Shown here piece by piece: positions 48,052-56,610 of a DNA stretch of 64,000 nt. Source of the stretch: an uncultured Myxococcales bacterium (GTDB taxonomy: Bacteria > Myxococcota_A > UBA9042); assembly GCA_903929795.1 (NCBI GenBank), contig CAIYWC010000033.1, positions 12,724 to 76,723 on the forward strand, in the 5' to 3' direction. Each line of letters starts with the position of its first letter. The stretch's first letter is position 1. Position numbers and translations under genes: made by a program. The notes under the pieces were generated by a model. It did not search any database. It worked only from the letters and a program-made list of their open reading frames with translations, and was not told the origin of the DNA.

Positions 48052-51000
48052 TCATTTGCTGCACGTCTGCGCAAGCTGCCACAGGCCGGACGCCACACTC
48101 CCGTCCGGCTCCAGGCCGCCAAACAGCCAGGCCTTTTGCGTCGGCACGTCAAAATACGCTGCCGCGTGAATCAGCGCCGTCGGCGCCGTGATCGTCTGCT
48201 GCTCCAGCTTGGCTTGGACCGACTGCGGGTTGCCCGGCTGGCACAGGCCCACCGCCAGCGACACCTGCACGCCGGCGGTCGTCCACGCCTGGGTCGTCGG
48301 TTTGGCGCACTGCGTGCTGCTCGAGCCATCAAAAGTCGGCGTTGCCCGCAGCGGCGCGGCGATCCAGGCGCGGCCGCCCAGCCAGTCGAACAGCACCGGC
48401 ACAAACGCCGGCCCGCCCCAGAACTGCTGCAAAAGTGGCTGCGTATCCGCGTTGTCGGCGAAATTGGGCACCGGGGATGGCACGAACGACGGCAAGCCGG
48501 TAAACACGCCGGTCGTGCCTATCCACAGTGTGTCGCCCAACAGGCCGATACAGCCGTACGCGTCGCCGCCCGCGAAACCAGTGTCCACGCCCAAGCTGCC
48601 GTCCGGCGCCCGCAGCGAGCCCGCCGTGATGCCCAGGACGTCGTGCACCGGGTCGTAGACCATCGGCGCGCCGAAACGGTCGACGGGATGGCACGCACCA
48701 CCGCAGACCGCGAGCGGGGGCACATTCGCGCCCAGATCGGTCCATACCAGCGTCGCGAGATCGAGCGTCAGGAACTGGTGCGTCTCCTTGCTCGCATCGA
48801 AACCCCCTGAAATCACGAGGCGATTGCGCAGCGGATCCATTGCCACGGACGGCGCGGTCAAGCCCAGCGCGCCGGTCGACGGCGTCGTCTGCAGGGCGTT
48901 GGTCAGCAGGTCCAAAGTTCGGACCGCCTTGGTAGGAATCCACTGCGTTTCCATGGTGTTGGCGCTCGTTGGCAGGTTGCCGGTCCACATCCGCTGCAAG
49001 TCGGGGACCTCCTCGCCGTCTTTGAGGTCGAAGCCGCCCGCCAGCACGAAGCGGTCGGTCTTTTGGTCGATGCCGGCGATGCCAAAGGCGAAGAGCACGC
49101 CAGAGCCAACTGCGTGCCAGCTGCCGTCCGCGCCGACGCAATACGCGCTGGTCGCTGGGACCGCGCGCGGGGTGCCGAGCAGCGTGTCCGGCAGGTCGTA
49201 GGTCAGGCCACCGGCGATGCACCATTGTGCAGACGTTGGACGCCACGCTTGCGCTGCGCCGATCCGCCCTTCCGGTACGTCCGCGTCCAGCCGAGTCGCC
49301 GTTCCCGTCGCGGGCGAGAGCGCCCACACGTCCGCGCGCCCGCGCACATGCGCGCCAGATGCCGTCGTTTCGCCCTGCCAGCCACCGCCGAACACGATCG
49401 TTTTGCTCGGTGCGTGCCAGAAAGCGAAGCCGCCCGCGCGCGCCAGAGCGCCCAACGAGGAATTGCTGGCCGTCCACGTGATCTCATTGGGCAGCGACGG
49501 CGTCACGTCGTTGGGAATCGTCGCCAGATCCGCGGTCAGATACGGCCGCGTGGTGCTGCCCGGACCTTCGCCGCCGATCAGGTGCAGGACCTGGGTGTCG
49601 TCGATGGCGCACTGCGCGCTCAGCCGCGCGAGCAGGCTCACGTCCCCGGCGTTGGCGATCTTGTGCAGCACGGGCGTCTCGCCGTCGTCGACGATCCACC
49701 ACGTCGTGCCATCCGCCTGGACCAGCACCGCCGCGGAGCCGTCCGGCGTCGCGGTCAGGCACACCGCATCCTGCAGCGGCAGCGGGACCTGCACGACGCC
49801 ATTGTCCAGCATCGGCGCGGGTTTCCACTCCACAACCGGCGTCGGCGAAAGCGGCAGCTCCATCGCTGTCGGCAGGTTCGGCGCGAGCACCAGCAGCGAG
49901 CGATGCCCACCCGGCCCGGTCAGAATCACCGCCTGCGTCTGCCGCTGGTCCTGTTCGTTTGTAATGTCCACGCCGGCAAGTGCCGGAATCGACAGCGGAT
50001 CTGTGGATGCCAGCGCGCTCACTTCCGTCGCGTTGCCGCTCGGTGCGATCGACCAAACGTCTGGCTGCCAGTGCGCTGCATCGCCGCCAATCAGCAACGA
50101 GCGACCATTCGCCGCGTCCCACACGAGCGCGGCGTGCGCGCGCGGGGACGGACCCGGCGCCTGCCCGTGCTGCCACGCCGTCGCAACGCTCTGCGCCTGG
50201 CTGAGCGCCGTCAAGTCCAGCGTCCACGTCTCATCGCGCAGCACCATCCCGTCCGCCGCCGGCGTCTTGCCGCTGAACAGCACCAGCTTTCCGTCGCCTG
50301 CGAGCCCCGCCGTCCATTCCCGCCGCGCCTGCGGCACGCCCTGGCCCAGCTGCGTGAACCCGCTCGCCCAGGGTTTGCCCGCGCAGATCGCGGTCTTGTC
50401 GTCCAGGCACCGGACGACGGCGCCGCCGATGGCCGTCTTGTTGTCGCTGCACAAGAGCGCTGTGCCGCCGCAGCTGTCCGCGCAGCTGTCGCCGACATGG
50501 TGATTTTGCCAGAGAAAAGTCTCGTCCGTCTGCCCGTCGCAGTTGTCGTCCAAGCCGTTGCAGCTCTCGGGCACAGCCAGGGATTCATGGCCGTCGCTGA
50601 GCGTGGAACAGGTCGCGACTTTGTCCGTGCCGCACTCGACCGTGCCGCTTTTTTGCACCTTGCCCACAGCCGAAACGGCGCAGATGCCTTTGTCGGCCAG
50701 GCAGGGCACGCCCAGCGGCAATTGGTGCCACGTCAGGCCGGCGTCGGTCAGCCCGTCGCAGTCGTTGTCCAAACCGTCGCAGAAGGTCTCGGTGGCTTGC
50801 CAGTCGGCGACGCCGGGCGCCTCGCAGACGCAGCCCGTGCAGCCCTCCGCCAGGCCAACCGTGCTCGTGCCCTCCAACGTGACATCGCAGACGACCTTGG
50901 CTTGCGCGATGCTCGCGGCGCAAACGCCCTGGTTGCAAATTCCCTGGGCGCTGGGCAACGTGTCGGCCGCCTTAGGGTTTTTGTCGAAAGCGTCCACCAT

Positions 51001-51489
51001 GCAGTCGCCGTCCGCATCCTTGATGTTGGATTGGAGCGCGTCCGGAATGCCGTCGCCGTTGGTGTCGATCGGGTGGCTCGGGTCCGGTCCGACCTCAGTG
51101 CCGTCGTCAATACCGTCGCCATCCGTATCTTTCTTGGACGGATCGGTGCCGATCGTCTTTTCCTGGCTGTTGGTCAGGCCGTCGCCGTCAAAATCGCTGT
51201 CGGCCGTTTGGCATGTCGATTGGATGCACAAGTCACCGCCGCAGTCGCTGTCGCTGCCGCAGGACTGCGTGCACTCGCCTTGCGAGCACTTGCCCGATTC
51301 GCACTCCGAATCCTGGCCGCAGGTGGAGCCGTATTTGCGCAACTTGTGGCGGATCAGCGCCTCACAGCCGATCAGGCTGGCGAATGCGAGCAGCGCCAAC
51401 AGGCACGCCAACCAGCGCAAGCGGGGCGATGGCAGCGCGCGTTCTGGACGGCGTGCGGGAAACGCGGCGAATCGGGAAATGGCGGACAT
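48052..51489 (-). CDS. Large secreted/lipoprotein: Cys-rich, TSP3-like Ca-binding, MopE-type motifs and Kelch-like propeller
   Basis: LLAFASLIG-C lipobox; DFDGDGLTN, DTDGDGIDD and DTNGDGIPD; ETFCDGLDNDCDG and ESCNGLDDNCDG; Kelch-like LVLFSG, LLIGG, IVFGGG, LVISGG and AWLFGG. Confidence 0.85.
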   Translation of the reverse strand: MSAISRFAAFPARRPERALPSPRLRWLACLLALLAFASLIGCEALIRHKLRKYGSTCGQDSECESGKCSQGECTQSCGSDSDCGGDLCIQSTCQTADSDFDGDGLTNSQEKTIGTDPSKKDTDGDGIDDGTEVGPDPSHPIDTNGDGIPDALQSNIKDADGDCMVDAFDKNPKAADTLPSAQGICNQGVCAASIAQAKVVCDVTLEGTSTVGLAEGCTGCVCEAPGVADWQATETFCDGLDNDCDGLTDAGLTWHQLPLGVPCLADKGICAVSAVGKVQKSGTVECGTDKVATCSTLSDGHESLAVPESCNGLDDNCDGQTDETFLWQNHHVGDSCADSCGGTALLCSDNKTAIGGAVVRCLDDKTAICAGKPWASGFTQLGQGVPQARREWTAGLAGDGKLVLFSGKTPAADGMVLRDETWTLDLTALSQAQSVATAWQHGQAPGPSPRAHAALVWDAANGRSLLIGGDAAHWQPDVWSIAPSGNATEVSALASTDPLSIPALAGVDITNEQDQRQTQAVILTGPGGHRSLLVLAPNLPTAMELPLSPTPVVEWKPAPMLDNGVVQVPLPLQDAVCLTATPDGSAAVLVQADGTTWWIVDDGETPVLHKIANAGDVSLLARLSAQCAIDDTQVLHLIGGEGPGSTTRPYLTADLATIPNDVTPSLPNEITWTASNSSLGALARAGGFAFWHAPSKTIVFGGGWQGETTASGAHVRGRADVWALSPATGTATRLDADVPEGRIGAAQAWRPTSAQWCIAGGLTYDLPDTLLGTPRAVPATSAYCVGADGSWHAVGSGVLFAFGIAGIDQKTDRFVLAGGFDLKDGEEVPDLQRMWTGNLPTSANTMETQWIPTKAVRTLDLLTNALQTTPSTGALGLTAPSVAMDPLRNRLVISGGFDASKETHQFLTLDLATLVWTDLGANVPPLAVCGGACHPVDRFGAPMVYDPVHDVLGITAGSLRAPDGSLGVDTGFAGGDAYGCIGLLGDTLWIGTTGVFTGLPSFVPSPVPNFADNADTQPLLQQFWGGPAFVPVLFDWLGGRAWIAAPLRATPTFDGSSSTQCAKPTTQAWTTAGVQVSLAVGLCQPGNPQSVQAKLEQQTITAPTALIHAAAYFDVPTQKAWLFGGLEPDGSVASGLWQLAQTCSK

Positions 51490-51753
51490 GCGGCGCCTCA
51501 CGTAGTTCTTGGCGATTGTAGCAACGCATGGACCTGACCGCCAACCCTTCCAGCTGTGTTTCGTTCCGGTGGTCCCAGACGTGGTCTCACGGCGACCTGC
51601 GCCGCCCGCCGTACAGCGGATCTTGCGGGCTCACCTTGCGCGGCATCACGTGAGATCAGGTAGTTGTAGCCGACGGCAGCCGGAACCAACGGGACACGCG
51701 CCAAAGGGCGACGACGCTGGCTACGCTGAAATTGCGGGGAAAACGCCGGCGAA

Positions 51754-51778
51754 GTGAGACTTGTGAGACCGGTGAGAC
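51754..51778 (+). repeat. Triple GTGAGAC direct repeat, 9-bp period
   Basis: Copies start at 51754, 51763 and 51772; an inverted copy GTCTCAC lies at 51584-51590. Confidence 0.7.
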
Positions 51779-51847
51779 CACGCGTCGGTCGCACTGGCAG
51801 TCACGACAACCGCTCGATGTGACTGGCAAATGTCCAGAGCTCTGCCG

Positions 51848-51864
51848 CTGGCACGGCTCATGCA
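51848..51864 (+). promoter_or_regulatory. Putative sigma54 (-24/-12) promoter upstream of comM
   Basis: CTGGCACGGCTCATGCA: GG-N10-GC spacing with TGGCAC and TGCA, 40 bp before the comM ATG. Confidence 0.6.
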
Positions 51865-51904
51865 CCAGCGAGGGACGGCGCGTACGTCGCACACAGGAAG
51901 AGCC

Positions 51905-53434
51905 ATGCTGGCCAAAGTTGTCGGAGCTGCAGTCCTGGGCGTGGATGCCCAGCCGGTGGACGTCGAGTGCGACGTGACGGGCGGCTTTCCGTCGTTCGAC
52001 ACGGTTGGGCTGGCGGAACTGACGGTGCGTGAAGCCCGCGTGCGCGTTCGCAGCGCGATTCGCCACAGTGGGCTGCCTTTTCCCAAGACCCGTGTCGTCG
52101 TGAACCTCGCGCCGGCGGATTTGCGCAAGGACGGGACCAGTTTTGACCTGCCGGTCGCGCTCGCGGTGCTGCAGGCTGACGGCGCGATCCCGATGGACGC
52201 GCTCACCGGCTGGGCGGTCGTGGGCGAGCTGTCCCTGACCGGCGCCGTGCGACCCGTCTGCGGCGTGCTTGCGGTCGCGGAAATGGCGCGGCGGCTCGGG
52301 CTGCGCGGCTTGCTGTGCCCGTTTGACAACGTCGCGGAGGCGATCGTCGTTCCCGGAATTGCCGTTCGCGTGGCGGCGACGCTGGGCGAGGTGGTGCGCT
52401 GTCTGCGCGCGGAGCAGCCTTGGCCGGAGCCGTCGTGGTCGGAACCGCCGCCGCAGCCGCGCGCGACGCTCGATTGGTCGGACGTGCGCGGGCACGCGGT
52501 GGCGAAGCGTGCACTGGAAATCGCCGCGGCGGGCGCGCACAACGTCGTGATGGTCGGCACGCCCGGGACTGGAAAGACGATGTTGGCGCGGCGGATTCCG
52601 ACGATCCTGCCACCGCTGGAACCGCCTGAATCCATTGAGGTGACCAAAGTGCACTCCGTTGCCGGCTTGCTGCCGCGCGGCCTTGGTTTGCTGACGGAAC
52701 GGCCCTTTCGCGCGCCGCACCACACCGTCTCCGGGCCGGCACTGGTCGGCGGCGGTTCCGTGCCCAAACCCGGCGAAGTCTCCTTGGCGCACCGCGGCGT
52801 GCTGTTTCTCGATGAACTCGCCGAGTTTCCGCGCCACGTGCTCGAGACGCTTCGCCAACCGCTGGAAGAGGGCATCGCGCACGTGACGCGCGCGCGGCAG
52901 ACCACGCGATTTCCGGCGCGATTCATGATGGTTGCGGCCTCGAATGGCTGTCCGTGCGGCAACCTTGGCTCGCTGCACAAGCCGTGTACCTGCACGCCCG
53001 TGGCGCTTGACCGGTACCGCGCGCGGCTCTCGGGGCCGATCCTCGACCGGATCGATATCCAGATCCAACTCCGTGCGCTACCGGCCGAAGCGCTGCGGCA
53101 AGGACCGGCGGCGGAGACGTCGGCGCACGTGCGGGCGCGTGTCGCGCAGGCGCGGAGTCGTCAGCGGGAACGCTATGCGGCGCTCGGCGGCGGCGTGAAC
53201 GCGGAGATCCCGATGCGCCGGCTCCAGGAATTGAGCCCGCTGACGCCGGAGGTACACGATTTGCTGCTGCGCGCGCTGACCCGCTTTGGCCTGTCGCCGC
53301 GTGCGCACGACCGCATTTGGCGCGTGGCGCGGACGATTGCCGATCTGGACGGCCAGCCGCAGATCGGCGCCGAACACGTCGCAGAAGCGCTGCAGTACCG
53401 GCATTTCGACGAGCCGGTGCAGCACGCAAACTGA
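51905..53434 (+). CDS. comM: ComM/YifB Mg-chelatase-like AAA+ ATPase
   Basis: RVVVNLAPADLRKDGTSFDLPVA, GTPGTGKT, RPFRAPHH, GEVSLAHRGVLFLDE, CPCG...CTC, LSGPILDRID; 509 aa. Confidence 0.95.
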   Translation: MLAKVVGAAVLGVDAQPVDVECDVTGGFPSFDTVGLAELTVREARVRVRSAIRHSGLPFPKTRVVVNLAPADLRKDGTSFDLPVALAVLQADGAIPMDALTGWAVVGELSLTGAVRPVCGVLAVAEMARRLGLRGLLCPFDNVAEAIVVPGIAVRVAATLGEVVRCLRAEQPWPEPSWSEPPPQPRATLDWSDVRGHAVAKRALEIAAAGAHNVVMVGTPGTGKTMLARRIPTILPPLEPPESIEVTKVHSVAGLLPRGLGLLTERPFRAPHHTVSGPALVGGGSVPKPGEVSLAHRGVLFLDELAEFPRHVLETLRQPLEEGIAHVTRARQTTRFPARFMMVAASNGCPCGNLGSLHKPCTCTPVALDRYRARLSGPILDRIDIQIQLRALPAEALRQGPAAETSAHVRARVAQARSRQRERYAALGGGVNAEIPMRRLQELSPLTPEVHDLLLRALTRFGLSPRAHDRIWRVARTIADLDGQPQIGAEHVAEALQYRHFDEPVQHAN

Positions 53435-53527
53435 CTGATCGACCAGCGACCGCTGGCGTTTTGCCCGAGTCGGCGGCAGCCAAGTGCGCTACAGCCGGCG
53501 AGGGATTTGGTGAAGCAGGAGTTCCAC

Positions 53528-54568
53528 ATGGCGAAGACTGACAAGAAAGAAACCGCGATTCCCGGGCTGAAGGCGCTGGATGACCTGATCCACTCCGCGG
53601 AGAAGAGCTTTGGCCGCGGCATCCTGATGGCGGCGGACGGCGCTGCGGTCGAGCAGGGCGTTGAGGTCATTCCGACCGGCTCGTTTGCGCTGGACCGCTG
53701 TCTGGGGATCGGGGGCTTGCCCAAAGGGCGGATCATCGAGATCTACGGCCCGGAATCGTCGGGCAAGACCACGATGGCGCTGTCGGCGATCGCCCAGGCG
53801 CAGAAGCAGGGCGCTGTCGCGGCGTTCGTCGACGCCGAGCACGCGCTCGACCTGAAGTACGCCCGCGATTTGGGCATCGACGGCTCGCGCATGCTGGTCA
53901 GCCAGCCGGACTGCGGTGAGCAGGCGATGGACGTCGTCGAGGCGCTTGTGCGCTCGGGTCAGGTCGGCGTTGTCGTCGTCGATTCCGTGGCGGCGCTGAC
54001 GCCCAAGGCCGAGCTGGACGGCGAGATGGGCGACAACCACGTCGGCCTGCAGGCGCGGCTGATGAGCCGGGCGATGCGCAAGCTGGCGAGTCTGGCGCAC
54101 CAAACGGGCACGACGCTGATCTTCATCAACCAGATCCGCATGAAGATCGGCGTGATGATGGGCAGCCCGGAGACGACGACCGGCGGTAATGCCCTGAAGT
54201 TTTATGCGTCCGTGCGCCTGGACGTGCGGCGCATCGGCTCGTTGAAGCGCGACGAGCAGATCTACGGCAACCGCTGCAAGATCAAGGTCGCGAAGAACAA
54301 GATGGCCCCGCCGTTTCGCCAGTGCGAGATCGACCTCGTCTTCGGCGCCGGTTTTTGCCGCGAGGCCGAGGTGTTCGATGCGGCGGTCGCGGAGGGCGTT
54401 GTCACGCGCAGTGGCGCGTTCTTCAAGCTGGGCGATGAGGCGATTGGCCAGGGCCGCGACCGTTCCGTGGCGGAGCTCAAAGCCAAGCCGGAGTTGTGCG
54501 AGCGCATCGTCGGATTGCTGGGCGATGCGCCGGTGGACGCCAGCGTGGCGGAGGATCTCGCGGCGTAG
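53528..54568 (+). CDS. recA: Recombinase RecA (divergent)
   Basis: AGGAG RBS; [51 protein letters not shown]. Confidence 0.96.
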   Translation: MAKTDKKETAIPGLKALDDLIHSAEKSFGRGILMAADGAAVEQGVEVIPTGSFALDRCLGIGGLPKGRIIEIYGPESSGKTTMALSAIAQAQKQGAVAAFVDAEHALDLKYARDLGIDGSRMLVSQPDCGEQAMDVVEALVRSGQVGVVVVDSVAALTPKAELDGEMGDNHVGLQARLMSRAMRKLASLAHQTGTTLIFINQIRMKIGVMMGSPETTTGGNALKFYASVRLDVRRIGSLKRDEQIYGNRCKIKVAKNKMAPPFRQCEIDLVFGAGFCREAEVFDAAVAEGVVTRSGAFFKLGDEAIGQGRDRSVAELKAKPELCERIVGLLGDAPVDASVAEDLAA

Positions 54569-54622
54569 GTGCGCCCGGGCGTGTGCATGCCGGGACGGTT
54601 GGAGCCCGGCAAGGAGTGTGTC

Positions 54623-54973
54623 ATGTCGGATTTGAACAAAGTGATGCTGATCGGTCGGCTGGGTGCCAAGCCCGAGCTGCGCAAGCTGCCCACCGGCGAC
54701 GCGGTGACGCGACTCAATGTCGCCACGTCGTGGCAGAGCAAGAAAGATGGGGTGCGAGAGGAGCGCACGGAGTGGCACTCGGTCTCAGTGTTTGGCAAGA
54801 GCGCCGAGAACTGCGTCCGCTATCTGGACAAGGGCAAGCTCGTGTTCGTGGAGGGACGCCTGCACAACACGCACTGGAAGGCCAAGGACGGCACGGAACG
54901 CTACGACCGCGAGGTGCGGGCAGACACCGTGACGTTCCTCAGCGGCCGGAGCGACCCGGCGAAGGCCGCTTGA
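54623..54973 (+). CDS. ssb: Single-stranded DNA-binding protein, short form without acidic tail
   Basis: LNKVMLIGRLG...TEWHSV...GKLVFVEGRL; 116 aa ending DPAKAA. Confidence 0.93.
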   Translation: MSDLNKVMLIGRLGAKPELRKLPTGDAVTRLNVATSWQSKKDGVREERTEWHSVSVFGKSAENCVRYLDKGKLVFVEGRLHNTHWKAKDGTERYDREVRADTVTFLSGRSDPAKAA

Positions 54974-54988
54974 ACGTTCCCCAGCGTG

Positions 54989-55030
54989 CTCGCCGGGGAT
55001 CTGCCGCACCGAAGGCGGGTCCCCGGCGAG
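54989..55030. terminator. 17-bp stem-loop between convergent ssb and radical SAM genes
   Basis: CTCGCCGGGGATCTGCC-gcaccgaa-GGCGGGTCCCCGGCGAG (two G-U pairs). No U tract, so terminator function is uncertain. Confidence 0.5.
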
Positions 55031-55064
55031 TGTCTGGTTCGTCGGCCCGACGTCCATTCGCTTT

Positions 55065-55170
55065 GACCGAAGTTCGAGATCAGGCCCCCGCGATCCGCGG
55101 CGTGCCTTGTTCGGCACACGCTCGCGGTCCCAGTCCGAAATGCAGCGGGTCTGGCCGAAAAAGCTTGGTG
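55065..55170 (+). repeat. Dispersed structured intergenic repeat, copy B
   Basis: GACCGAAGTTCGAGATCAGGCCCCCGCGATCCGCGGCGTGCC-ttgttcggca-CACGCTCGCGGTCCCAGTCCGAAATGCAGCGGGTCT; matches copies A and C. Confidence 0.85.
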
Positions 55171-55189
55171 TCCGACATCGGTCAGCGGT

Positions 55190-56512
55190 CTATGCGTCGT
55201 GCGGCAGCTCTGCCCCCGGCAACGGACCGGCCTTGCCGAACTTGGTCCGTGGCGGGTTGAAATAGCCGAACCGCAGCTGCGGAAAACGCTGGCGCAGCGT
55301 GCGGATGAGCGCCAGCACCCCGATCGGCTCGTCCACTGCCCCGTCACCCAGGACGCGCAGGTACAGCTCCGGGTCGATGTTCAGGTTGCGCAGCTGCACG
55401 AGGTTGACGCCGCCGTCGGCGATGAACTGGCTCAGCGCGTCGATCTCGCGCGGCGAATCCGAGACGCCGGCGAAGACAAAGTAGTTCAAGCTGACGTACT
55501 TGCGGCGGCTGGACATCTCCTTGGCCGACTGCAGCACGTGCTGGAAATCGTAGCCGCGCGGCTTGTAATACGCGCGGTACAGCTCGGGCTGCGCCGAGTT
55601 GAGGCTGATGCGGATGGAATCGAGGCCCGCGTCCGCCAGACGCGCAACGATACGCGGCAAGCTCGCATTGCTGTTCAGGTTTACCACGCCAGCGGACGTG
55701 CGCGCGCGGATGCCGAGCACCGTCTCTTCCAGCACCTTGGGCTGCATCAGCGGCTCGCCTTCGCAGCCTTGGCCAAAGCTGACGACGCCGTTGGGCACCC
55801 GCGCGAGGTGTAGGCACGCGAGCTCGATCAGGTCTTGCGCACGCGACGGGATCTTCATGCGTTCGTGATTGGCGACAAAGGTCGAGCCGGACTGGTCGCT
55901 GATGCAGCCTACGCACGCGGCGTTGCACTGCGAGGCGGCCGGCATCGGCGCCTCCCAGCGGCCCAGAAAAAAGTTCTGCGCCGCGCGACAGTGGTACACC
56001 AGCGCGCAGTGCTCCACGTGCTCGATCGCGCGGTTCTGCGGGTGATCCGTGCGCATCTCCCGGACGCCCGCCTCGACCAGCGCGATATCAAAGCGAAAAG
56101 GGTCCTGCCGTTGATCCGCGTCGACCCGCACTGCCGGCACGACGAAGTGGCCATTTTGCCAGCCCACGGCGGCATACGAGTACAGCGTCAGGTCCGGCGC
56201 GCCCTCGCGCGTGTCGTATGCCGGGTGCAGCAGCTTGAGGTACGCCGGCGCGATGAACGCCGCGACGGTCTGCAGCACGCCCGTCTCCGCGTCCCCTTCC
56301 ACCGGCACCGGCTCGTCGTCATCGACATCGACGGCGTACGGAATCCGCCCGGGAAGCACAAACAAATCTGAGCCCTTCGGCAGCTGAATCAGCTCGTGCG
56401 GCAGCGGTTGGCGCCAGCAGTCGCCGTCCCAAGCCAGCATGGCAAGCGTCGGGTGGTCAAAGATGCGGCCATCGGCAGCGGCAACGACGGCGCGGGGATA
56501 CGAATCAGCCAT
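55190..56512 (-). CDS. Radical SAM protein, function unknown
   Basis: CxxxCxxC motif CNAACVGC, SFGQGCEGEPL, NLNSNAS, DSIRISLNS. Confidence 0.92.
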   Translation of the reverse strand: MADSYPRAVVAAADGRIFDHPTLAMLAWDGDCWRQPLPHELIQLPKGSDLFVLPGRIPYAVDVDDDEPVPVEGDAETGVLQTVAAFIAPAYLKLLHPAYDTREGAPDLTLYSYAAVGWQNGHFVVPAVRVDADQRQDPFRFDIALVEAGVREMRTDHPQNRAIEHVEHCALVYHCRAAQNFFLGRWEAPMPAASQCNAACVGCISDQSGSTFVANHERMKIPSRAQDLIELACLHLARVPNGVVSFGQGCEGEPLMQPKVLEETVLGIRARTSAGVVNLNSNASLPRIVARLADAGLDSIRISLNSAQPELYRAYYKPRGYDFQHVLQSAKEMSSRRKYVSLNYFVFAGVSDSPREIDALSQFIADGGVNLVQLRNLNIDPELYLRVLGDGAVDEPIGVLALIRTLRQRFPQLRFGYFNPPRTKFGKAGPLPGAELPHDA

Positions 56513-56610
56513 GAAGAATCCTTGCGTCCAAAACCGCCGCGGATTGTACACGAGCGCCGCGCTGCGGATATCCTCGGCGCCTCAACGGTCGATCGCACCG
56601 TGCGAATCTG

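Noticed and set aside
51581-51661. Possible fourth copy of the dispersed repeat (GAGATCAGG, GGTCTCAC fragments)
   Set aside because: Only 7-9 bp matches, not in the order or spacing of the other three copies.
53435-53527. LexA box upstream of recA
   Set aside because: No recognisable Myxococcus-type or E. coli-type SOS box in the comM-recA spacer.
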